This document shows, one piece after another, positions 1-10,740 of a stretch of 64,000 nt of DNA; position 1 is the stretch's first letter, and each line of letters starts with the position of its first letter. Source of the stretch: Malacoraja senta (Eukaryota). The notes beneath the pieces are model-generated. The model had not been told where the DNA came from. It did not search any database and worked only from the letters and a program-made list of their open reading frames with translations. The translations under genes and the position numbers were made by a program. The stretch lies in NCBI GenBank assembly GCA_038087875.1, contig JAXLNO010000385.1, forward strand, positions 1,364,001 to 1,428,000, in the 5' to 3' direction.

Positions 1-2406
1 GGAAAATTTGCTTTAAATAATGATGTATATATCTTAGTTACATAGATACCTAAGTATTTAAATTTTTCGTTTACTATTTTAAATGGAAATTGTTGTATTA
101 TGTGTTTGTTATGTTCCCTTATTGGCATAATTTCACCTTTATTCCAATTTATTCTGTATCCTGAGAGTGAACCAAATTGGGTTATTAGCTCTAATAAGTT
201 TGGAATACTAATTTCTGGTTTTGTAATGTAAATTAGTACATCATCTGCGTATAGAGAAATTTTATTCACTGTGTCCTTTGTGATATACCCATATATTTCC
301 GGATGACCCCTAACTCTTTCTGCAAGTGGCTCAATAGCAAGCGCAAATAATAATGGAGATAACGGGCATCCTTGTCTACAACCTCTAGATAGGCTGAATT
401 TTGATGACAACCTTTGATTTGTTAATATTCTAGCCGTAGGATTTGTATATAACAGTTTTATCCATGTACAGAATTTCTCCCCTAATTGCATATTTTCCAT
501 CACCGAAAATAAATAAGACCATTCAACCTGATCAAATGCTTTTTCAGCGTCGAGTGAGATTATTGCTAGATCTTCATTAATAATTCTCTTAGAATAAATA
601 ATATTAAATAATCTTCTTAAATTATAATATGAGTACCGTTTCTGAATGAAGCCTGTTTGGTCAGGGTGTATTAATTTATTCATCACTGTACTTAATCTAT
701 GCGCTAGTATTTTAGTTAATATTTTCTGATCTGTATTTAAAAGTGCAATTGCTCTATATGATCCCGGATCTTCCGGATCTTTATCAGCTTTAGGAATAAG
801 TGTTATTATAGATTCATTTAAAGTATCTGGGAGTTTCTGTTGAGTATAGATATGCTCATACAGCCTTTGTAAACGTGGGCAAAGCAAGTCATACATTTTT
901 TAATAAAATTCAGAGCCTAAACCATCTGGTCCTACTGCTTTACCATTTTTTAAAGAGCCAATAGACTCCTCAATATCCTTTATCGTAATCTCCCTTTCTA
1001 ATAATTCTCTATCATTTGAATCTAAACCTTTTAAATTACATTTTAGTAAAAAATCTGCTATTCCTTCTGTGTTATAGTTTTAGTTGAATAAAGGATATGA
1101 TAGTATTGGAGAAATCTTTCATTTATGTCCTTGGGCATTTTTAATAATTCTCCTGTCTCTGTTCTAATTTTATGAATTATTTTTTCCCCTTCCATTTTTC
1201 GTAACTGACGTGCTAATAGTTTTTGTGGTTTGTCTCCAAATTCAAAATGTAATTGTTTGGTTTTTTGATAAAGTTTTATTACTTGTTCTGGATACATTTT
1301 ATTTAATTTATATTTCAATACAGCAATTTTATTATGTTTTGAAATAGATGGCATTCTCGCATTTTCTATATCTAGTTGCTTGATTTCCCCTTCCAATGCT
1401 TGTTGTTTAATCCTGTTCTCTTTATTATAAAATACTTGAGCAGAAATTAATGCACCTCGAACAAACGCTTTAAACGTTTCCCACATAAGAGAAGTAGGTG
1501 TATCAGGGTTATCATTTACCTCAAAAAATATTTGAATCTGTTTAATAATATATTCCTGGCATGATCTTTCGTTCAAAATGTGTGGGTTAAATCTCCAATA
1601 TGTTTGTTTCTCGGACATTCCATTTAATTTAATCATGAATGTTACAGGTGCGTGGTCTGAGATTATAATATTATGGTATTTTGAGTTATAAGTAAATGGG
1701 ATAAACGTGGAGTCAACTAAAAAATAATCTATTCTTGAGTATGTTTTGTGTACTGGAGAGTAAAATGAATATTCCCGTCCAGTTGGATTTTCTATTCTCC
1801 AGACATCCTTAATATTAGTGGTATTAATAAATGAATTTAGAAATACACTTGATTGAGATTTTACTTTTTTTTGCCTTGATGATCTATCTAAGTATGAATC
1901 TAATGTACAATTGAAGTCTCCTCCAATTATTAATTTAGATTGTGAAAATTCAGGAATTTTATTAAATGTTTTATTAAAGAACATAGGGTTATCAAAATTA
2001 GGCCCATATACATTAAGAAGAATCACTTTTTCTCCATTTAGCTCTCCAATATAATATATCTACCATCAATATCCGCTATTGTTGATGAATTCGTAAAAGG
2101 TATTCCTTTACGAATTAATATTGCAACTCCTCTGGACTTATGGGAAAAAGAGGAATGATATGATTCAGCGATCCACTTAGCTTTAAGTCTATGTTGAGAT
2201 TCCTTTTTAAGGTGTGTTTCTTGAAGGAATATTATATCTGTTTTGATTAAATTTAGATGTGCCAAGACTTTACCTCTCTTAATTGGTTCATTGATTCCCT
2301 TGACATTCCAACTACAAAATGTTATTCCCTGACCCCCTCTTGTCATATTAACATCTTGCATATTGTTTCTAAGGTGGTCTATAACCGAGCAGAAGGTGCA
2401 ACACAT
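1..2406 (-). mobile_element. L1-clade non-LTR retrotransposon, ORF2 (APE endonuclease + RT), frameshifted; runs off the left edge
   Basis: ORF 2038-2406 has the APE N-terminus (SWNVKGIN...IIFLQETHL...SRGVAIL). ORF 1058-2026 has NVYGPN, GGDFN, SRIDYFLV, SDH and the L1-typical WETFKAFVRG. Minus-strand RT motifs read further left: GCRQGCPLSP near 355-385 and SLYADD near 240-257. At least two frame breaks; no ORF1 seen. Confidence 0.93.
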
Positions 2407-3460
2407 AAAGCCTGACCCTGCTCCTGAACCTCAAATGGATGAATTTAAAATCATATACATCGCTCTTCCGAACACATCTCCTTGTATTATTCTTGTTTTT
2501 CCATTCAAACATTAATTTATAAAAATATTTAAAGTGAAAAAAGTGATAGAATTGGTTAGCACAGGGTGAAAGAAAAAAACCTACATCTACAATTAGTGTA
2601 GTTAGTGATAGCCACACTAACGTGGCTAGAATTCTAAAGGCTTCCGTAGCCTTTGTAAAAAAAAAATTCCCAGCTCCGTGCCGAAAAAAAAAGAAAAAAA
2701 AAAGGATTATTTCTAACAATCAAATAATTTCTTTGGGAGTAACAAACATATATACATATATACATACCCATACATACCGATACATACGTACACATATACG
2801 TTCGAGTTCGAGTTCAAGTTCGAGCTCGAGTTCGAGTTAAATGAATGTATGAATGAATGAATACGTTTATTGGCCAAGTATTCACATACAAGTAATTTGC
2901 CTTGGTGCTCCGCCGGGAGCTCGAACTCCAACTCGAGTTCGAGATCGATTTCTAGTTCGGGTTCGAGATAGACTTCGAGTTCCAGATAGAGTTCGAGGCC
3001 GAGATATTTAGTTCGAATTCGAGTTATAGCTGGAGATAGAGTTCGAGTTCAAGATAGAGTTCGAGTTCGAGTTCGAGATCGAGTTCGCGTTCGAGATAGT
3101 TCGGGATAGTTCGAGTTGGAGTTCGAGTTCGAGAGACAGTTCGAGATATAGTTCGAGAGAAGAGTTCGAGTTCGAGTTCGAGTTCGAGTTCGAGTTGACT
3201 GAATGAATGAATGATGAAGGAATGAATGAATGTTTATCGGACATGTATTCACATACAAGGAATTTGCCTTGGAGTTCCGCCCGCAAGTCGAACTCGAGCT
3301 CGAGTTTGAGATCGAGTTCGATATGGAGATGGAGATAGAGTTCGAGTTCGAGATAAAGTTCGTGATAGAGTTGGAGTTCGAGTTCAAGTTTGAGCTCGAG
3401 TTCGAGTTAAATGAATGAATGAATGAATAAGTTTATTGGCAAAGTATTCACATACTAGGT

Positions 3461-3629
3461 CCTTCTTTAACACTTTGTCTACTCCACTGCGAAATCTCGT
3501 CAAGGTATGCCTACTTTGAAGAAGTTCTCCTCCCAGTCTGAAGAAGGGTTTCAGCCCGAAACGTTACATCTTTCCTTCGCTCCATAGATGGTGCTGCACC
3601 CACTGAGTTTCTCCAGCATTTTTGTGTAC
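3461..3629 (+). mobile_element. 169-bp non-autonomous Penelope-like/retrozyme-like insertion with 15-bp TSD
   Basis: Flanked by the direct repeat attcacatactaggt (3446-3460 and 3630-3644). Contains CTGAAGA-A-GGGTTtcAGCCC-GAAACGTT and ends ...ctccagcatttttgtgtac. Confidence 0.8.
3538..3566 (+). ncRNA. Minimal type I hammerhead ribozyme motif
   Basis: CUGAAGA core, extra A, stem II GGGUU/AGCCC, GAAA, palindromic ACGU mini stem III, then NUH triplet. Matches the minimal hammerheads described in Penelope-like element pLTRs. Stem I is very short, so activity is unproven. Confidence 0.6.
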
Positions 3630-3705
3630 ATTCACATACTAGGTATTTGCCTTGGTGCTCCGCCCGTAAGTCGAAATCCAACTCGGGTTCGAGATCGAAT
3701 TCGAT

Positions 3706-6315
3706 CTGCCAACCAATTCTCTATCCATGTCAATACCCCCAATACCATGTGCTCTCATTTTGCCCACTCATATCCTGTGTGGGACCTTATCAAACGATTT
3801 CTGAAAGTCCAGAGACACTACATTCACTGGCTCTCCTTTATCCATTTTACTTGTCACATCCTCAAAAAATTCCAGAAGATTAGTCAAGCAGGAATTCCCC
3901 ATCATAAATCCATGCTGACTTGGACCAATCCTTTTACTGTTATCCAAATGCGCCGTTATTACTTATTTAATTATTGACTTCAGCATCTTCCGCACCACCG
4001 ATGTCAGGCTAACTGGTCTATTATTCCTCATTTTCTCTCTCGCTCCTTTCTTGATAACATAAGCTATCCTCTCATCCACCGGAACTGATCCTGAATCTAT
4101 AGAACATTTGGAAAATGATCACCAATGCGTCCACAATTTCTAGAGCCACCTCCTTCAGTACCCTGGGATGCAGAACATCAGGCCCTTGGGTATTGATCAG
4201 CCATCAGTCCCATCAGTCTACCCAATATGGGAGGTACACAAAAATGCTGGAGACACTCAGCGGGTGCAGCAGCATCTATGGAGCGAAGGAAATAGGCAAC
4301 GTTTCGGGCCGAAACCCTTCCAGCTCAAGTCTACCCAATATTATTTCTCGCCTAATGCAAATTACTTTCAGTTCCTCTGCTTCCCGAGATCCTCTGTCCT
4401 CTAGTACATCTGGGAGATTGTTTGTGTCTTCCTTAGTGAAGATAGATCCAAAGTACCTGTTCAACTCTTCTGCCATTTCCTTGTTCCCCACAATAATTTC
4501 ACCCGTGTCTGCCTTCAAGGGACCCACATTTGACTTTGCTACTCTTTTTCCCTTAACATATCTAAATAAGCTTTTACTGTCCTTCATTATATTCCTGGCC
4601 AGCTTCCCTTCGTACTTCATCTTTTCAGCCCGTATTGCCCGTTTTGTTTCCTTCTGTTGCTCGATGAAAGTTTCCCAATCCTCTGGCTTCCCATTTCTCT
4701 TTGTGCAATACATTTTTTCTGTGTTATACATCTTTTCTTTTAGTTTTATTCCATCCCTAACTTCTCTTGTCAGCCACGGTTGCCTCCTACTCCCCTTAGA
4801 ATCTTTCTTCCTCTTTGGAATGAAATGATCCTGCATCTTCTGGATTATGCCCAGAAATTCCTGCCATTTCTGTTCCACCTCATTCCTGCTAGGATCACTT
4901 TCCAGTCTACTTTGGCCAGCTCCCCTCTCATGCCTTCATAGTCCCCTTTGTTCAGCTGCAACATTGACACTTCTGATTTAACCTTCTCCTTCTCAAATTG
5001 CAGATTAAAACTAATCATATTATGATCACTACCTCCAAGCGGTTCCTTTATCTCGAGTTCTCGTATTAAACCTGGTTCATTAGACAACACTAAATCCAGA
5101 ATTGCCTTTTCTCTGGTCGGCTCCATTACAAGCTGCTCCAAGAATCCATCTCGGAGACATTCTACAAACTTTCTTTCTTAGGGTCCTGAACCAACCTGAT
5201 TTTCCCAGTCTACCTGCATATTGAAATCCCCCATCACCACAGTGGCATTACCTTTGTTACATGCCAGTTTTAACTCATACTGCAACTTACACCCTACATC
5301 CGGTCTACTATTTGGGGTTCTGTAGATAACACCAATTCGTGACTTCTTGCCTTTACAATTCCTCAACTCAATCCACAGTGACTCTACCTCGTCAGTCCCT
5401 ATGTCTTCCCTCGCAAGGGACTGAATTCCATCCCTCACCAGCAGAGCTACCCCCTCCTCTGCCCACCTGCCTGTCCTTTCTATAGGATGTATAACCCTGA
5501 ATATTAAGTTCCCAGGCCCGATCCTCCTGCAGCCACGTCTCAGTAATCCCCACAATGTCATATCTACCAACCTCTAACTGAGCCTCAAGCTCATCTACTT
5601 TACTTCTTATACTTCGCGCATTCATATACAATACTTTTAATCCTTACGCATCTCACCTTTCACATCGATCCCTATTACACTTGGCCATAGTTTCCTATCC
5701 CTTTGTGAGCTTCCTTTCCCTTTAATTCTAAGGTCAATAACCATCCCTTTACTCTCTTTCTATTTAACTCCATCCTCGACTATCCCATTTGACACCCCAC
5801 CCCCCTTATTCAGATTAAAACCACCCGTGTAGCAGTGGCAAACCTGCCTGCCAGAATGCTGGTCCACCACCTGTTAAGATGCAATCCGTCCCTTTTGTAC
5901 AGTTCCCCCTTACTACAAAACAAATCCCAGTGATCTAAGAATCTAAATCCCTGCCCCGTGCACCGGTTCCACAGCCACACATTCAGGTCCCGTATCTCCC
6001 TGTTCCTGCTCTCGCCAGCACCAGGAACTGGAAGCAAACCGGAGATAACAACCCTGGAGGTCCTGCTTTTCAGCATTTGTCCGAGCTCTCTAAAGTCACG
6101 CTGCAGAATATTCATCCCCTTCTTTCGGACATCGTTTGTGCCGACATCCACTACCACCTCCGACTGTTCACCTTCGCCCTTGAGGTTTTTCTGCACTCTG
6201 TCCGTGACATCCTGGATCCTGGCACCAGGAAGGCAGCACACCATCCTCGAATCCCGTCTGTTGCGCAGAAACCCCTGTCCGTACCTCTCACAATGGAGTC
6301 TCCAACTACAATGGC
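3706..6315 (-). mobile_element. CR1-type LINE fragment: ORF1 SGNH esterase + ORF2 endonuclease/tether/start of RT, disrupted
   Basis: ORF 5810-6244 (CLPGA...VGTND...DGLHLN); 5392-5631 (NARSIRSKVDEL...VGITETW); 5178-5570 (VMGDFN); 4845-5141 (LDLVLSN...GSDH); 4276-4878. Several frameshifts and internal deletions. Confidence 0.92.
4229..4327 (-). mobile_element. Second, 5'-truncated copy of the short hammerhead-bearing element with 14-bp TSD, inserted in the CR1
   Basis: Direct repeat agtctacccaatat at 4215-4228 and 4328-4341. Reverse complement reads gaagggtttcggcccgaaacgttgcc...ctccagcatttttgtgtac; the CUGAAGA box is incomplete. Confidence 0.8.
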
Positions 6316-6485
6316 GTAAAGGTGTCAGAAGGTATGGTGAGAAGCCAAGAGTTAGGTGTGTGAGTTAGATCAGCCATGGTTGAATGGTGGAGTAGACTTG
6401 ATGGGCCGAATGGCCTCATTCTACTCAAATTCCTTATGAACATATGACAGGCGGTTAACAAAGTAACTCCAGTCTTACAATCTCA

Positions 6486-6652
6486 CTGTGTAGGAAATAA
6501 CTGCAGATGCTGGTTTAAACCGAAGATAGACACAAAATGCTGGAGTAACTCAGCGGGACAGGCAGCAACTCTGGATAGAAGGAGTGGATGATGTTTCGGG
6601 TTGAGACCCTTCTTCAGACTGAGAGTGAGGGGTGAGGGAGATACGGAGATAA
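6486..6652 (-). mobile_element. Penelope-like pLTR-related repeat with hammerhead-like core (6590-6617)
   Basis: Reverse complement reads agtCTGAAGAagggtctcaacccGAAAcatc...ctgagttactccagcattttgtgtct, the same family as 3461-3629. Confidence 0.7.
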
Positions 6653-7299
6653 GGGATCGCACTACCTGTGCCCCGTGTTCAAGAGACATGAAAGAGGAAG
6701 ACAGTGCAGATCATTAGGTGACTCGGGAGCTTGTGCAGGGGGTGGGGGCTACAGACATAGAGTCATACAGCATGGAAACAGGCCCTCTGGCCCAACTTGT
6801 CCATGCCCATGCCACATACACTCGTACTACCAGCCTGTGTTTGACCCATATCCCTGTAAACCTGTCCTATCCATGTACCTGTACACATGAATGTTCAATG
6901 TTATCATAGACTTTGTCTTTGGAACTGATGTGTTACAATGCTGGGAAATATATTCTACACTCTGTATCTTGCACTTTGCTCCATCTGTTGTACTCCAGTT
7001 TGACTTGATTGTGTTTATGTTCAGTTTATCCTTATCTGATTATATAGCAAGCAAAACAAAGCTTGACACTGTACCTCGGTACATGGGCAGAGCATTCAAT
7101 AGGAAAGGTGCATTCATTCTGATGGGATTCTCTAGGTTTCCCAAACGCCAGCTGAGGAACAGCAGAGGAACTGTGACAAGTCTCAGGTGATGCTTTGCTA
7201 TGTCATGAACTCAGTAAATGATAGAGTCGTTGAGAGTTTCTACAATAGAGCACAGTTGTACGACAGGAAGGTGACATCAGATATACATGTACTGAGATG

Positions 7300-8520
7300 G
7301 ACAAGGGCTGATTAGGGATAGTCAGCACAGATTTGTACGTGGGAGATTGTGTCTCACCAACCTGATTGAGCTTCTTGAAGATGTGACCAAAAACGTTGAT
7401 GATGACAGAGCTGTCGACGTTGTATATTTGGATTGGAGCAACGGTATTTTACAAGCATCCACATGGTAGGCTGCTCTGGAAAGTAAGATTGCAAGGGATC
7501 CAAGGAGAGATAGTGGAATGGATAGAAACGTGGCTTCATGGAAGGAAGCAGAGGGTGATGGTGGAAGGTTGTTTTTCAGACGGGAGGCCTGTGACTAGTG
7601 GTGAGAACGTACAAGGCATGAGCAGCAAATTTGCAGCTGACACTAAACTGGGTGGTATTGGAGATACTGAAAATGTTTGTGAGAAATTGCAGCAAGATCT
7701 TGATCAGTTTGGCAGGTGGGCTGAGGAATGTCTGATGGAGTTTAATACAGAGAAATGTGAGGTGTTGCACTTTGTGAAATTTAATAAGGGCAGCACCTAC
7801 ACAGTGAATGGTTGGGCTCTTGGAAGTGCTGTGGAACAGAGGGATCTACGAGTGCAGTTACATAGTTCCTTGCAAGTGGCATGATGGGTAGATATGATGA
7901 TTAAAAAGGCATTTGGCACATTGGCCTGCATCAGAGTATTGTGTAGAAGTTGGGAGGTCATTTTACAGATGTATAAGACGTTGATGAGAACACAGTTAGA
8001 GTATTGTGTTCAGTGTTGGTCACCGTGTTATAGGAAATATGTTGTCAAGCTGGAAATGGTGCAGATAAGTTTTACGGGGCTGTTGCCAGGACATGAGGGC
8101 CTGAGCTATAGAGGGAGATTGGGCAGGCTATGACATGATTCCTTGTAGCGCAGGAAGGTGAGGAGTGATCTTATAGGGATGTAGAACATCATGAGAGGAA
8201 TAGATCAGGTAAATACACAGTCTATTGCCCAGATTAGGGAAATCAAGAACCAGGGACATGGGTATCAGGGGAGGGCGGAAATATTTAATAGGAACATGAG
8301 GAGTGACTATTTACACAAAGGGCGTTCTGTATATGGAACGAACTGCCAGAGGAGGTAGTTGAGGCCGGTACTATCATAATACATGAGATGTATCTGTGCA
8401 GGTACATTGATTGGATAGGTGTAGAGGGAAATGGGCCAGTTGGCATAGTGTAGATGGAGCATGTTGTTTGAAGTGGGCAAGTTGGGTCGTAGGGCCTCTT
8501 TCCATGCTGTATGACTCCAT
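7300..8520 (+). mobile_element. Decayed CR1 RT/3' fragment (paralog 19235-20320)
   Basis: ORFs 7396-7884 (HPHGRLLWK...SKFAADTKLGG...KCEVLHF) and 7894-8133 (LEYCVQCWSP). Confidence 0.88.
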
Positions 8521-8914
8521 GCCCATTGACCATTAAGCATCTGCTTATCAACCACACCCTTTCACCTGTATCCACCCACCACTCACCAAGGTTTGTCCTG
8601 ACCCTCTCTCCACCTTTCTCATCACCCCCCAACACAATCAGTTTGAGGAAGAGTCCCAACCAAAACACCACATATCCATGTTCTCCTGAGATGCTGCCTG
8701 ACGCGCTGAGATACTCCAGCACTCTGTGTCTTTATTTTGAACCAGTATCTGTAGTTCTTGTATCTCCTGGTTATTGTTAAAGTTTTAAGGGACATCGCTC
8801 GATATGTTTGCATCAGACAGAATCCCAGTGCACATGTTCATAATACAATGTTCATAAATTTAATTCCCATCAAGATAGATATCTCTATTGAGGGTGTAGT
8901 TTACCATTATTACA

Positions 8915-9015
8915 CATTGACCCCGGTTCCATCTACTCTTCGGGTGCTGTCTATGTGGAGTTTGTATGTTCTTCCCGTGACTGTGTGGGTTTTCTCCGGG
9001 TGCTCCGGTTTCTCC
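8915..9015 (+). mobile_element. HE1/V-SINE-like fragment (B-box remnant + V/core domain); paralog ~20713-20813
   Basis: gaccccggttccatc...gggtgctgtctatgtggagtttgtatgttcttcccgtgactgtgtgggttttctccgggtgctccggtttc resembles the V-SINE core as recalled. Confidence 0.7.
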
Positions 9016-9579
9016 ACCAGACAGAGGGTGGTGGGTAGATGGAACAAGCTGCCATAGGAGGTAGTTAAGGCAAGTACCATATCAACAGTTGAAGTACATT
9101 TTGGACAAGGATACGAACAGGAGAGTGAGGGAGGGACATGGGCCAAACACGGGCAGGTGGGACTAGTTAGATGCGGCATCTTGGTCAGAATGGGCAAGTT
9201 CGGCCGAAGGGTCTATTTCCGTGCTGTGTGACTCTATGCAAGGTTCCCTACAAGTGGCGAGTCAGGTGGACAGGGTGGTGAAGAAGACTTCATGGGCAAG
9301 CGGACTGAGCAGAAAGGTTTGGCATCGTGATACATCTTTACAACTCGTTGGTAAGACCACACATGGAGTACTGTGTACAACTCTGGTCACCAAGCCACAG
9401 GAAGGATGCCATTGTATTGGAAAGGCTACAAAGGAGATTCACCAGGAATGTTACCTGGGCTGGCAGACTTGATATTGGGAGAGGTTGGATAATCTGGGGG
9501 CCTTTTCCTTTGGAGAGTGGGAGGATGAGGTGTGACCTTATTGAGGTGTACAAGTTCACGAGGAGCATGATTTAAACTA

Positions 9580-10740
9580 CCATTCACAAGTAAGGTATGT
9601 GCCGTAATAAGCAGCGGGCAGTGGCTCTGACATCCACCATCATGAAGTGCTTTGAGAGACTGGTGTTGGCGCATATTAACTCCAGTATCCCAGCAAGCCT
9701 TGATCCATTACAGTTTGCTCATCAACGCAGCCGGTCTCCAGCAGTGACCATCTCCCGGCCCTAAACCCATCTCTGGAATACATAGACAAAAAGGTGGCAT
9801 AGAAACATAGGAAATGGGTGCAGGAGTAAGCCATTCGGCCCTTCCAGCCTGCACCGCCATGCAAAATGATCATGGCTGATCAACCACAATCACCATCCCA
9901 TTCCAACTTTCTCCCCATATTCCTTGATTCCGTTAGCCCTAAGAACTATATCTAACTCTCTCTTGAAAACAGACAGTGAAATATGCCTTCTGTGGCAGAG
10001 AATTCCACAGATTCACAACTCTCTGGGTGAAAACGTTTTGCATGTCCTCTGTCCTAAATGGCCTATCATTTATTCTTAAACTGTGACCCCACTGCTTCTG
10101 GACTCCCCCAACGTCAGATAGTGGATAGATAGGAGTCTAACGTAGGACAATTCCTAACGTACCAATTCTCACTATTGAGGGAGTGCGGGGTAAGTTCACC
10201 AGGTTAATTCCCTGGATGGCGGGACTGACAAATGATGAAAGAATGGATCGACTGAGTTTATGTTCATTATAATATATATGGATGAGAGGGGATCTTATGG
10301 AAACATATACAATTCTTAAGGGATTGGACAGGTTAGATGGACGAAAAAAGCCTGTCCAATCCTTTAACAATGTTATACGTTTATACATTAGGAATTGTCG
10401 TACATTAGACTCTATAGCTATCAGCTATAGCTCCACCTTCAACACCATAATCCCATCCAAACTGATCTCCAAGCTGCTGGAACTGGGAATCAGCTCCACC
10501 CTCTACCACTGGATCTGCAACTTTCTGACCCTTCCAATCGGTGAAGATAGGTGACAGCATCTCATCCGCAATAATCATCAACTCTGGTGCCCCGCAAGGA
10601 TGCGTTCTCAGTCCTCTAATACACTGCCTATACACATGACACCAAGACTTAATGTGGATCTAATTCCTTCTACAAGTCTGCAAACGACAACACTGTGGTG
10701 GGATGAATCACGACAAATAACGGGATGGAGTACAGGAAGA
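9580..10740 (+). mobile_element. Rex1/Babar-like LINE RT fragments (9580-9790 and 10420-10740) interrupted by CR1 pieces; paralog ~21380-22615
   Basis: Plus strand translates as ..VALTSTIMKCFERLVLAHINSSIPASLDPLQFA.., ..YSSTFNTIIPSKLISKL.. and ..NSGAPQGCVLSP.. Confidence 0.75.

Larger units (their letters stand above)
2795..3705. repeat. (TTCGAG)n-type CpG-rich hexamer array interleaved with tandem (ATGA)n + ~60-bp LINE-3'-end-like units
   Basis: Degenerate TTCGAG runs alternate with the unit (ATGA)n-tttattggccaagtattcacatacaaggaatttgccttggtgctccgccc at ~2840, ~3200 and ~3410; the last copy is split by an insertion and resumes at 3630. Confidence 0.85.

Noticed and set aside
2622..3418. Ser/Asn- and Glu/Phe/Leu-repeat ORFs
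   Set aside because: Products of the (TTCGAG)n hexamer repeat.
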